The position numbers were made by a program, and so were the translations under genes. The notes under the pieces were generated by a model. That model saw nothing but the letters and a program-made list of their open reading frames with translations. It was not told the origin of the DNA and did no database searches. This document shows, in pieces, positions 28,218 to 36,733 of a stretch of 64,000 bases of DNA. Every line of letters starts with the position of its first letter. The first letter of the stretch is position 1. Source of the DNA: Christensenellales bacterium (GTDB lineage Bacteria; Bacillota; Clostridia; Christensenellales; DTU072); assembly GCA_050309775.1 (NCBI GenBank), contig JBNRMV010000013.1:13255-77254 (forward strand). Reading direction: 5' to 3'.

Positions 28218-29093
28218 TTATAGAGTTTTTGTCAATTTTTTCAGATACTTCTTTAGGTCTTGACTCAACTCGTCATTCCGCAGCGCGTATTCTATATTTG
28301 CTCTGAGGTAACCCAACTTGTCCCCTATATCATAGCGCATGCCCTCAAATGAATAAGCGTACGCTCCGACGTCTTTTGCCATAAGTTCTATTGCTGTGGG
28401 CAAATAAACCTCGCCGTTGGGCGCGGCAGGCGTCATTCTTATGTAGTGGAATATATCGGGGGTAAGCACAAATCTTCCAAGACTTGTCAGCGTGGAAGGC
28501 ATTTCGTCAATCTTCGGCTTTTCTTTCAAGCCAAGGATTTCGGTATAGGCGCCTTTTATTCTACCGGGGACTATGACGCCGTATTTTGTCGCTTCTTCTT
28601 TGGGTTGCGGCTGCACACCAACTATTGTAAGTCCAGTGGTTGTGTAGGCATCAATAAGTTGTTTTGTGACGGGATATTCGGGGTTGTAGATGACATCGTC
28701 GCCGAACAGTACGGCAAAAGGCTCGTCTTTTACGAAACTCTCGCAAAGCTCAATCGCCTTTCCTGTGCCAAGCATTTCTTTCTGGCGGATATAACAAATG
28801 TTGACCTTGTCAGATAACTCGTTCATTACTCTGATTTGGTCATGCTTTCCGCTTTTTGATAGGGCGTTCTCGACTTCTACATTTCGGTCAAAATGGTCGG
28901 CTATGTTGTTTTTGTTGCGGCCAAGAATAATACAGACATCAGTAATGCCGCTTTCAACACACTCTTCAACTATATATTGAATTGACGGGACATCTACGAT
29001 AGGCAACATTTCTTTCGGCATAGCCTTTGTTGCCGGTAAAAATCTTGTGCCATAGCCTGCTGCCGGAATGATTGCTCTGGTTACTTTCTGCAT
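28218..29093 (-). CDS. galU: UTP-glucose-1-phosphate uridylyltransferase
   Basis: KAIIPAAGYGTRFLPATKAMPKEMLPIVD is the GalU N-terminal signature. Confidence 0.95.
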   Translation of the reverse strand: MQKVTRAIIPAAGYGTRFLPATKAMPKEMLPIVDVPSIQYIVEECVESGITDVCIILGRNKNNIADHFDRNVEVENALSKSGKHDQIRVMNELSDKVNICYIRQKEMLGTGKAIELCESFVKDEPFAVLFGDDVIYNPEYPVTKQLIDAYTTTGLTIVGVQPQPKEEATKYGVIVPGRIKGAYTEILGLKEKPKIDEMPSTLTSLGRFVLTPDIFHYIRMTPAAPNGEVYLPTAIELMAKDVGAYAYSFEGMRYDIGDKLGYLRANIEYALRNDELSQDLKKYLKKLTKTL

Positions 29094-29223
29094 CTATTAC
29101 ACCTCACTTATCCTTAATGTTATTATAAACCAAGCCGCCTCATTATGCAATACTATTCTTTCCACTATATGGCAGACCATATAATTTATTTACGAAAAGA
29201 AGGGCTGAATATGCCGAATTTGT

Positions 29224-29252
29224 TTGACAGAATGCTTTTGCCGTTGTAGAAT
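29224..29252 (+). promoter_or_regulatory. Promoter of the tRNA-Leu pair
   Basis: TTGACA (29224-29229), 17 nt, TAGAAT (29247-29252), about 14 nt before the first tRNA. Confidence 0.6.
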
Positions 29253-29265
29253 AACAAATGCATAT

Positions 29266-29348
29266 ACGAGGGTGGCGGAATTGGCAGACGCGTATGATTC
29301 AGGTTCATATTGGCAACAGTGAGGGTTCAAGTCCCTTCCCTCGTACCA
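29266..29348 (+). tRNA. tRNA-Leu (anticodon CAG), class II with long variable arm, CCA encoded
   Basis: Hand fold: acceptor ACGAGGG/CCCTCGT, D arm GCG-GAATTGGCAGA-CGC, anticodon arm TATGA-TTCAGGT-TCATA, T arm GAGGG-TTCAAGT-CCCTT, discriminator A plus CCA. Confidence 0.9.
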
Positions 29349-29366
29349 CTAACCAAAACCCCTTTT

Positions 29367-29451
29367 GCGGTTGTGCTGGAATCGGCAGACAGGCATGACT
29401 AAGGATCATGTGTCAAACGACGTGCAAGTTCAAGTCTTGTCAACCGCACCA
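29367..29451 (+). tRNA. tRNA-Leu with anticodon AAG (A34), class II, CCA encoded
   Basis: Hand fold with the same geometry as the first tRNA: acceptor GCGGTTG/CAACCGC, D arm CTG-GAATCGGCAGA-CAG, anticodon arm CATGA-CTAAGGA-TCATG (U33 at 29400, anticodon 29401-29403 = AAG, G37), T arm GCAAG-TTCAAGT-CTTGT. Confidence 0.8.
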
Positions 29452-29460
29452 AACATAACA

Positions 29461-29497
29461 AACGCCGTCACAATATTGTGACGGCGTTATTCTTTTT
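29461..29497 (+). terminator. Intrinsic terminator after the tRNA pair
   Basis: Hairpin AACGCCGTCACA/TGTGACGGCGTT followed by ATTCTTTTT. Confidence 0.8.
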
Positions 29498-29518
29498 AGT
29501 TCAATATAAATCAATATA

Positions 29519-29707
29519 CTATTTCGACTCTTCCTCGGCTTTGCTGGCTTTCAAATCCTTGTAGGCTTTGTAGTACTGTGAAATATAGTCATTCTTGTAT
29601 GCCTTGTAATACTTCTCAAAGTATTCGTTTATCACTGTGGTGTCCTCTGCCTTGACGGGAGCCGTATCTGCGGGCGCTTCAATTTGCTTTTGCTTTCTCT
29701 TTTTCAT
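29519..29707 (-). CDS. Small Lys/Tyr-rich hypothetical protein with an internal YYKAYK repeat
   Basis: 62-aa ORF with GGAGG directly upstream of the ATG (3-nt spacing). It has no recognisable family and contains YYKAYKND...YYKAYKDL. Confidence 0.5.
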   Translation of the reverse strand: MKKRKQKQIEAPADTAPVKAEDTTVINEYFEKYYKAYKNDYISQYYKAYKDLKASKAEEESK

Positions 29708-29863
29708 AAAGCCTCCAAAACATACATTCTCTTAATAATTATTATATTAACATAGCCTTTATTAAATTGCAATGAGAATTTGTTGGATATTGACGCATGG
29801 CGGCGGAAAATTATGCATTGCTTTATTGCGTTGTCAGGTTTATAATATACAAAAGGAGAACTT

Positions 29864-30391
29864 ATGAATAAAATAAATAAAAATAAAACAGCCTCGCCTG
29901 CTTCGGCAAAAAAACAAGAGGTCATACGCATATTCAAGTATGTATTGTTTGCTTCAAGCGCCGGCATAATTCAGGCGGTTACATTTACTCTGCTTTTTGA
30001 GTTGGCATTCAAAGGCCGCACATCATATTATTGGCCCTCTTACATAGTGGCGCTGACTCTGTCAGTCATTTGGAACTTTACTTTTAACCGCAAATACACT
30101 TTCAAGTCGGCAAACAATGTGCCTATCGCCATGCTGATGGTAGCCGGTTATTATTTGGTCTTTACTCCGCTTTCAACATGGTGGGGAGACGCCCTGACAA
30201 ACAAAGCAGGCTGGAACGAATACCTCACCTTGGCGCTGACTATGATAATAAACCTTGTGACAGAGTTCCTTTTCTGCCGCCTTGTCGTATTCCGCAAGAG
30301 CATAAACACCAATGAATTGGCAAAAAAAGAAATGGAACGACAAAAACTGCTAGAAACTGAACAAAGCGATGACGAAACAGACGACGAATAA
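29864..30391 (+). CDS. GtrA family membrane protein, with an acidic C-terminal tail
   Basis: 175 aa with 4 TM helices. The FKYVLFASSAGIIQ...NFTFNRKYTF pattern is typical of GtrA-like proteins. Confidence 0.8.
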   Translation: MNKINKNKTASPASAKKQEVIRIFKYVLFASSAGIIQAVTFTLLFELAFKGRTSYYWPSYIVALTLSVIWNFTFNRKYTFKSANNVPIAMLMVAGYYLVFTPLSTWWGDALTNKAGWNEYLTLALTMIINLVTEFLFCRLVVFRKSINTNELAKKEMERQKLLETEQSDDETDDE

Positions 30392-30476
30392 TCCCGTCAA
30401 CGGTTTTTTTCTTGCAAAGAGAGCGCATTATCAACTATAATAATAATAATAATGCAAAGTATAAAGGAGAATAATT

Positions 30477-31349
30477 ATGTCCATATTTTTTATTGATACC
30501 AATTGCGAATTGTGGTGGGAGAGAGCCAAAGAACTTGGCGTCACCAACATTATAAAAATGCCATATACCATTTGTGACGAAGAAAGATTCTATGATTTGG
30601 GCGAAAAATATGACCCCAAAGAATTCTTTTCCCTCGTTCGCCAAGGCAACACCCCTATTACTTCCTGCCTGAACGCAGAAAACTACAAAGAATATTTTGA
30701 GCCGTATTTCAAAAAAGGCGAAGAGATACTTTATGTCAGTTTCTCTTCAAAAATGAGCGCGACTTTTCAACAACTTGATGTTGCCATAAAAGAGCTTTCG
30801 GAACAATATCCCGACGCAAAGTTCACACGCTACGACACAAAAGGCATAAGTCTGGGAGCGGGTCTTTCCGTCTATGAGGCGGCAAAACTGCACAAAGCCG
30901 GCAAGTCTGTGCAAGAAATAACAGATTTTCTCGATGGCTTCATACAAAAAGTCAACGCAGTATTTTCACCCGACAACCTTGTATATCTGAAAAGAGGCGG
31001 CAGGCTTTCCTCTGCGCAGGCATTTTTTGGCGGCTTGCTTCAAGTCAAACCGATTATTCGCCAAAACGCAGAAGGCGCACTATACAGCGCATCAAAGGTA
31101 AACGGCCGCCAAAAAGCCATAAACGCTTTGATTGAAGATGTTATCGAAAATGTCATAGATGTCGACAAGTATCCCATCGCCGTTTTGGACGCTGACTGCG
31201 GAGATGAAGCCAACAAAATAATTCAGCGCCTGCAAGCAGCTTTGCCAAACGCCACAATATGGCATCAACCTGTCGGACCCGTCATTGGCACGCATTGCGG
31301 ACCGGGCACCATAGCAGTATGCTTTGTAGCAGAATCAAGGGGCAGATAA
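30477..31349 (+). CDS. DegV family fatty-acid-binding protein
   Basis: 290 aa with SSKMSATFQ (cf. SSxLSGTYQ) and LKRGGRLS...LLQVKPII...NGRQKA, matching DegV motifs. Confidence 0.8.
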   Translation: MSIFFIDTNCELWWERAKELGVTNIIKMPYTICDEERFYDLGEKYDPKEFFSLVRQGNTPITSCLNAENYKEYFEPYFKKGEEILYVSFSSKMSATFQQLDVAIKELSEQYPDAKFTRYDTKGISLGAGLSVYEAAKLHKAGKSVQEITDFLDGFIQKVNAVFSPDNLVYLKRGGRLSSAQAFFGGLLQVKPIIRQNAEGALYSASKVNGRQKAINALIEDVIENVIDVDKYPIAVLDADCGDEANKIIQRLQAALPNATIWHQPVGPVIGTHCGPGTIAVCFVAESRGR

Positions 31350-32368
31350 TGAACATTACACTCCGCCCGAACAAAATATTCGGGCGGATTCTTGTCATAC
31401 TTTTTATATCCATTTTCATTCTTTCCTTGGCGGGTTGCGCCGCCGAAAGTGGCGAAAAGATTGTTTTCGGCACCTATTATAATGTGAAAATTCAAGGCAA
31501 CGGCGCAAATTCCGCATTGAAAGAAATTGACGCCTTACTAGTAGAAATTGAAAATCAGGTGTCGACAAACATTGCGACTAGCGATGTCAGCAAAATAAAT
31601 ATCGCACCTGTCGGACAAGCCATAACTGTGGGCGTTCATACCGCTTTTCTTTTCAAGAAATCTGCGGAATTGTACCAAACCACGCAACAGGCTTTCAATG
31701 CGGCTATATTCCCTCTTGTCGAACTATGGAAATTTAGTCCCGGCACTTTTCGCCACATAGCAGAAAGCATACCCTCTGCCGCCGACATTTCCCAAACTCT
31801 GGAATACTGCGCCATGGAAAATTTTCATTTTGACGAACAGCAGTCGACAATAACAAAACTGCATGCGCAAGCAAAACTGGACTTTGGCGGCATAGCAAAA
31901 GGATATGCAGTAGACAAAGCGCTGGAGCTTTGCAACGGAAAGAAGCAAGCCATAGTCAATATCGGCGGCAACATAGCCGCCTTCGGGGATAATAAAAGAA
32001 TAGGCATGACCCACCCCAGAGATACCTCAACCCTATTTGGTGTAATAAACCTCAACAATGCCGCCATAGCCACAAGCGGCGACTATGAAAGGTATTACAT
32101 TTTTGAGGAACAAAGATACAACCACATCATTGCCAAAGACGGCTACCCCACTGGGATAAACAACAACGACATTATCAGCGCCTCAGTCATAGGAGAAAGC
32201 GCCCTTATTTGCGACGCGCTGTCCACATCTGTTATGATTCTTGGCATGCAGTGGGCTGAAGTGTTGCCGCAATGGGGCTATTCTGTAATAATTGTTACAG
32301 AAAACAGCTATAAAATAATCGGAGACCTAAGTTTTGAAAGCAAACAAACAACGCACCAACGAATCTAA
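31349..32368 (+). CDS. apbE: FAD:protein FMN transferase (ApbE family) lipoprotein
   Basis: Start at MNITLRPN (TAATG overlap with degV). Lipobox LSLAGC. Motifs DFGGIAKGYAVDKA and SGDYERY. Confidence 0.85.
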   Translation: MNITLRPNKIFGRILVILFISIFILSLAGCAAESGEKIVFGTYYNVKIQGNGANSALKEIDALLVEIENQVSTNIATSDVSKINIAPVGQAITVGVHTAFLFKKSAELYQTTQQAFNAAIFPLVELWKFSPGTFRHIAESIPSAADISQTLEYCAMENFHFDEQQSTITKLHAQAKLDFGGIAKGYAVDKALELCNGKKQAIVNIGGNIAAFGDNKRIGMTHPRDTSTLFGVINLNNAAIATSGDYERYYIFEEQRYNHIIAKDGYPTGINNNDIISASVIGESALICDALSTSVMILGMQWAEVLPQWGYSVIIVTENSYKIIGDLSFESKQTTHQRI

Positions 32369-32756
32369 TCTGAAAGACTTTTTCAAAAACAAAGGACTGT
32401 TTTTCAAAGCAGACCTCATTTTGTTGTTGATTGTCGTTGTTATTGCGGTAGTTTTTGTAGCCGGAGCTACAAATAACGCCAAAGGCGAATATATCGAAAT
32501 TTATTACAAAGGAGAGCTTATTTCACGCCACTCGCTCAATGAGAACAAAACTATTCCCATCGACAAACAAGGACATAATGTAATAGTTATAGAATACGGA
32601 ATGGCATATATGGCGGAGGCGGATTGCGCAAATCAGATATGCGTAAAGAGTGCAAAAATCAGCCTGGACGCCCAACGCATAATTTGCGCACCCAACGGTA
32701 TTGTTGTCATCGTGAGAGGCAATGACTTGGACGGCATCACAGGGGGGCAGATATGA
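32334..32756 (+). CDS. NusG domain II-containing membrane-anchored protein (DUF1312-like)
   Basis: 140 aa with a TTG start and 35-nt overlap with apbE. It has an N-terminal TM, then IEIYYKGELI...CANQICV...IICAPNGIVV, as in NusG_II family proteins. Confidence 0.65.
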   Translation: MKANKQRTNESNLKDFFKNKGLFFKADLILLLIVVVIAVVFVAGATNNAKGEYIEIYYKGELISRHSLNENKTIPIDKQGHNVIVIEYGMAYMAEADCANQICVKSAKISLDAQRIICAPNGIVVIVRGNDLDGITGGQI

Positions 32757-33253
32757 GGGCAAAAAAAATAGCCGTTGCGGCGGTTACACTTGCTTTGGCG
32801 CTGATTATCGGAGTAATTGAAAACTTTATTCCGCCCATCGTACCCTTTTTACCCTATGTACGCATAGGACTGTCGAATGTCGTCATTTTGACGGCTATCA
32901 TTCTACTGAATTATAAATATGCCTTAGCGGCATCTGTCTTAAAATCAGTACTTGTTCCGTTATTTGTCGGCAATCCCGTTATGATACTTTATTCCCTGCC
33001 GGCGTCATTGATTTCTACGCTGATAGGCGTTCTGATGCTTGCGACAAGAAAACTTAGCATTCCGGCCGTCAGCATTCTTTCCGCAACCGTCCACAACCTC
33101 ATTCAGCTGTGTGTAGCCGCTCTTATGACCTCGGCGCTGGTGTTTGGCTATGCGCCATATTTTGTAATAGCCGGCAGCGTGTCCGGGCTGATTACGGGAG
33201 TGGCAGCATATATTCTCATAAGGTATTTGCCCAAAGATTTTTTTATTCTTTAA
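32753..33253 (+). CDS. Gx transporter family protein (Hpre_diP_synt_I-like membrane protein)
   Basis: 166 aa with 5 TM helices and ATGA overlap with the preceding gene. The IENFIPPIVPFLPYVRIGLSNVV pattern fits this family. Confidence 0.65.
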   Translation: MRAKKIAVAAVTLALALIIGVIENFIPPIVPFLPYVRIGLSNVVILTAIILLNYKYALAASVLKSVLVPLFVGNPVMILYSLPASLISTLIGVLMLATRKLSIPAVSILSATVHNLIQLCVAALMTSALVFGYAPYFVIAGSVSGLITGVAAYILIRYLPKDFFIL

Positions 33254-33911
33254 TACCGCGCAACCGCCTTATTGTTGCGGCAGGGTTTTTGGACTTATAA
33301 ATGCTGCTGCCGGCTACAAGAATGCTTGCTCCGGCGGCAATGACTTCATCTGCATTTTGTTCGGTAATACCTCCGTCTACCTCTATCGGTATGTTCAAGG
33401 ACATTTCGTCAAGGTATCTCTTGACTGTTTTTATGCGCTCAATGCTGTCTTCAATAAACTTTTGTCCGCCCAGTCCGGCAAATACGCTCATAACAAGTAT
33501 CATATCGCAGAAATTAAACAAATGTTTGTATTTTTCTATCGACACATCCGGATTAAAAACTATACCGCTTTTCACGCCCCTGCTGCGTATTCTTTTCAGC
33601 GTTTCAAGAGCGTCATCGCTTGCTTCGGGGTGGAATGTCAGCCAGTCGGCGCCGCTGTCGGCAAAAGCGTCTATGTAGCGTTCCGGCTTTGTTATCATAA
33701 GATGCACATCAAGCGGAAGCGCGGTTATTTTCTTTATTGCGGCTATCATAGGCATACCAAAGGTGAGATTCTTTACATAAACGCCGTCCATGACATCGCA
33801 ATGCACAAGGTCGCCGCCCCATTCAGATATCTGCTCAACGGCGCGTTGCATGTTGACGAAGTCTCCCGACAGTATTGACGGGCTGATAAGAATTTTTTTA
33901 GTATTTGGCAT
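33243..33911 (-). CDS. rpe: Ribulose-phosphate 3-epimerase
   Basis: ISPSILSGDF, HCDVMDG and DGGI motifs. Confidence 0.95.
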   Translation of the reverse strand: MPNTKKILISPSILSGDFVNMQRAVEQISEWGGDLVHCDVMDGVYVKNLTFGMPMIAAIKKITALPLDVHLMITKPERYIDAFADSGADWLTFHPEASDDALETLKRIRSRGVKSGIVFNPDVSIEKYKHLFNFCDMILVMSVFAGLGGQKFIEDSIERIKTVKRYLDEMSLNIPIEVDGGITEQNADEVIAAGASILVAGSSIYKSKNPAATIRRLRGIKE

Positions 33912-34809
33912 CTTGAATCTCCTTCAATTGATTATATATGATTGTATAGCGTTGATATCTTTCTGCTGAAAGCGCGCCAAGTCCGACTTGTTTTTTCACT
34001 TCGCAGTCAGGCTCGCCAATATGAGCGCAATTGTTTTTGTAGCGGCACTTTGGCATGTGCTTTATATAATCAGTATAATAAAAAGTCAGCTCCGATGGCA
34101 AGAGGTCGCCAAACTCCAACAGTGAAAAACCGCAGGTGTCGGCAAGTCTGCCCGCACCGTAATCAAATATTTCAATATGCCTTGTGGTGTTTTTGCCGCG
34201 CTGTATTTTTTCCGACAGACCGCTGACTTGCATAGCCTCTCTGCCCAAAATAGCGTTCAGCAGCGAAGATTTGCCTACGGCGCTTTGTCCTGCAAAACAG
34301 CTGAGTCCGCCTTCCATGACGGCAAGCAATTCATTGAGTCCGTCCTCAGTCATTACGGATGCGGCAACACAAGACATTTCGTCTTTATAAGGTGCAAAAA
34401 GCCTTTCTATTTCGGCTCTGTCGATTAGGTCGCTTTTGTTGAAACAAAGCACAGGTCTTATGCCTTCAATGTAACAATTTATTATCATCTTGTCAACCAG
34501 TACCCAATCGGGAGCAGGCACCGGCGCCACAACGATAATCAGGCAATCAATATTGCTTATATATGGTCTGATTAAAGCGTTTTTTCTCGGATAGACCTCT
34601 TCAATTATGGCGGTGTTTCCTCTTATTCCATCAATGCGCACATAGTCGCCTACATAAATATCATAGTCACGCTTGACCCGACCTCTTGAGAAGCAGGTAT
34701 ATCTTTTTTTGTCGTCAGTCATGACGGTAAATTTTGAGGCAACCGCCTTTATTACTTGCGCTCTGATATCAACCCCTCCTTTATTTCGGCATTGCGCAGT
34801 TGTCCGCAT
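33898..34809 (-). CDS. rsgA: Ribosome small-subunit-dependent GTPase A
   Basis: OB domain, circularly permuted GTPase (NKSDL...GQSAVGKSSLLNAI) and zinc knuckle CxxxxxCxHxxxxxC. The start is uncertain. The ATG at 34809 overlaps rlmN by 58 nt. Confidence 0.85.
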   Translation of the reverse strand: MRTTAQCRNKGGVDIRAQVIKAVASKFTVMTDDKKRYTCFSRGRVKRDYDIYVGDYVRIDGIRGNTAIIEEVYPRKNALIRPYISNIDCLIIVVAPVPAPDWVLVDKMIINCYIEGIRPVLCFNKSDLIDRAEIERLFAPYKDEMSCVAASVMTEDGLNELLAVMEGGLSCFAGQSAVGKSSLLNAILGREAMQVSGLSEKIQRGKNTTRHIEIFDYGAGRLADTCGFSLLEFGDLLPSELTFYYTDYIKHMPKCRYKNNCAHIGEPDCEVKKQVGLGALSAERYQRYTIIYNQLKEIQDAKY

Positions 34810-35807
34810 GCGCCTTGTATGTCGTTGCCCATAGAACGGCGCAGTGTATTTGATATATTGTTATCGTCAAGTATTTTCATAAATTCCTTAATCTGCGCCG
34901 AACTCACCCCACGCAAACCCCTTTCTTTGACATAATTCAAGTTGATAAGGTTTATATGGCAGGGCAACCCTTTTACCAGCGCAGCAAGCTGTCGTGCGCT
35001 GTCGGCTTGGCTGTTTTCGCCCTCGATAAGCGAATATTCAAAAATTATGCGCCTTTTTGTCTTTTCAAAATAATACTTTGCCGCCTCAATGACGCTGAAA
35101 AGGTTGTGCACTTTGTTTATGGGCATAAGTTTCTGTCGTTTTTTGTCATTTGGCGCATGCAGGGATATTGTCAAGGTCACAGGCAAGTCCATGTCGGCAA
35201 GCTGAATTATTCTTGGCGCAATTCCGCAGGTTGACAATGAAATGTTCCGCAAACTGATATTTATGCCTCTTTCGTCGCTTACCAGCCGCAAGAATTTTAC
35301 GGTGTTGTCAAAGTTGTCCAACGGCTCGCCGCTGCCCATAAGTACGACATTTGTTATGGCTCTCTGTTTTGCCGTGCCGCCTTTCAGCGCATTTACACAC
35401 AGTACCTGCGACAAAATTTCTCCTGCGCTCAGGTTGCGCACAAGTCCGCCCAGTCCCGACGCACAAAACTCGCAACCCATGCGGCAGCCGACTTGCGTCG
35501 ATACGCACAGCGTATTGCCATAGTTATGCGGCATAAAAACGCCCTCTATTATGTTGCCGTCATTTAATCTGTAAAGATACTTTTCCGTGCCGTCTTTTGA
35601 AGTCAATGTTTTTATGATTTCCAGTCCTCTGTCGGCAAAATTTTCTCTTAGCTTATTTGTCAACGCTGACGGCAGGTTGCTGATTGTTTCATAGCTTTTG
35701 TACTGCATAGCTGCGGCATAGACCTGCTCTGCGCGAAAGTTAGGAAAACCCCAGTCCGATATAAAAGACAGCTCCTCAAAGTTAAATTCCTGCAAACATG
35801 GTTTCAT
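34752..35807 (-). CDS. rlmN: 23S rRNA/tRNA (adenine-C2)-methyltransferase RlmN
   Basis: Start at MKPCLQEF (ATGA overlap with the fmt stop). Radical SAM motif CRMGCEFC. C-terminal GACGQL. Confidence 0.9.
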   Translation of the reverse strand: MKPCLQEFNFEELSFISDWGFPNFRAEQVYAAAMQYKSYETISNLPSALTNKLRENFADRGLEIIKTLTSKDGTEKYLYRLNDGNIIEGVFMPHNYGNTLCVSTQVGCRMGCEFCASGLGGLVRNLSAGEILSQVLCVNALKGGTAKQRAITNVVLMGSGEPLDNFDNTVKFLRLVSDERGINISLRNISLSTCGIAPRIIQLADMDLPVTLTISLHAPNDKKRQKLMPINKVHNLFSVIEAAKYYFEKTKRRIIFEYSLIEGENSQADSARQLAALVKGLPCHINLINLNYVKERGLRGVSSAQIKEFMKILDDNNISNTLRRSMGNDIQGACGQLRNAEIKEGLISERK

Positions 35808-36733
35808 AGCACCGTTCCCGTTACAAGCGGCTTGCCGCGTAAATAATCGGCAAAACTCATTTCTTTGGCATTTTCGCCCTGCACTCTCAACAAACTTATT
35901 GCGCCCTCGCCGCATTGCACGACAAGCCCTTCTTTGGCATGGGAAAGTATAATTTCTCCCGGCACTGCGCCCTCTTTTCCTTCAGCGGTTTCGGCTCTCT
36001 TAACTTTCAGCATGCCGTATTTTGTCATAGTGAAAGCTCCCGGCCAAGGATTCATTCCGCGGATAAAGTTTTTGACTTGTTCGGCGCTCTTATTAAAGTC
36101 CAATTTGCCGTCGGACTTCTTCAGCATGGGGAAGTGCGTAACCTTGTCTTTTTGTTGCGGCACAAACACGGCGTTTCCGCTTTCAATAAGGTCAAGCGCT
36201 TTTACAATGAGTTTTGCGCCCAATGGGCTGAGTTTTTCCAGCGTTTCTTCGGCATTTTCACTGCCTGACAGCGTTATTGTCTCTTGGAGCAGAATATCGC
36301 CGCTGTCAACCTCGTATGCCGTCTGCATAATAGTTACGCCTATTTCCTTTTCGCCGTTCATAAGCGCCCATTGTACGGGAGAAGACCCCCTATATTTCGG
36401 CAACAATGACGCATGGATATTTATTACTCCGTATCTTGTCAGGTCTAAAATCTCTTGCGACAAAATTTGTCCGTATGCGCAAGTCACCATAATGTCCGCA
36501 TTCAATGATTTCAGAAGTTCCACCGCATCGGCATTTCTTATGCGTTCAAACTGCAAGACTTTCAGCCCTTGTTGCTCGGCAAACACCTTTACGGCGCAGG
36601 GCAAAGACTTGTTGCCGCGCGCATTGACTTTGTCAGGTTGGGTGACAACAGCGGCTATCTCGTGAGAGGATTGCATTATCGATTGCAAAGGCGTTACCGC
36701 AAAGGCAGGCGTACCTAAATAAATTATTCTCAT
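35804..36733 (-). CDS. fmt: Methionyl-tRNA formyltransferase
   Basis: MRIIYLGTPAFAV, HASLLPKYRG and the C-terminal OB-like domain. Confidence 0.95.
   Translation of the reverse strand: MRIIYLGTPAFAVTPLQSIMQSSHEIAAVVTQPDKVNARGNKSLPCAVKVFAEQQGLKVLQFERIRNADAVELLKSLNADIMVTCAYGQILSQEILDLTRYGVINIHASLLPKYRGSSPVQWALMNGEKEIGVTIMQTAYEVDSGDILLQETITLSGSENAEETLEKLSPLGAKLIVKALDLIESGNAVFVPQQKDKVTHFPMLKKSDGKLDFNKSAEQVKNFIRGMNPWPGAFTMTKYGMLKVKRAETAEGKEGAVPGEIILSHAKEGLVVQCGEGAISLLRVQGENAKEMSFADYLRGKPLVTGTVL

Noticed and set aside
30437-30453. (ATA)n microsatellite upstream of degV
   Set aside because: It has only about 5.5 units in an AT-rich promoter region. That is too short to argue for phase variation without population data.
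32700-32756. C-terminal DGITGGQI of the NusG_II protein as a possible ApbE flavinylation site
   Set aside because: The ApbE target motif ends in a hydroxyl residue (D..[ST]GA[ST]). Here that position is Gln, and the Ala is Gly, so it is not a credible acceptor.
35865-36665. 266-aa plus-strand ORF antisense to fmt. Similar long antisense ORFs occur at 41329-42129 (yicC), 55832-56662 (rluD), 7592-8263 (ruvB) and 8440-9075 (ruvA).
   Set aside because: Each is fully nested opposite a confidently identified housekeeping gene. Each has a Ser/Cys/Phe-rich low-complexity translation and no SD. This is typical of stop-poor antisense frames.
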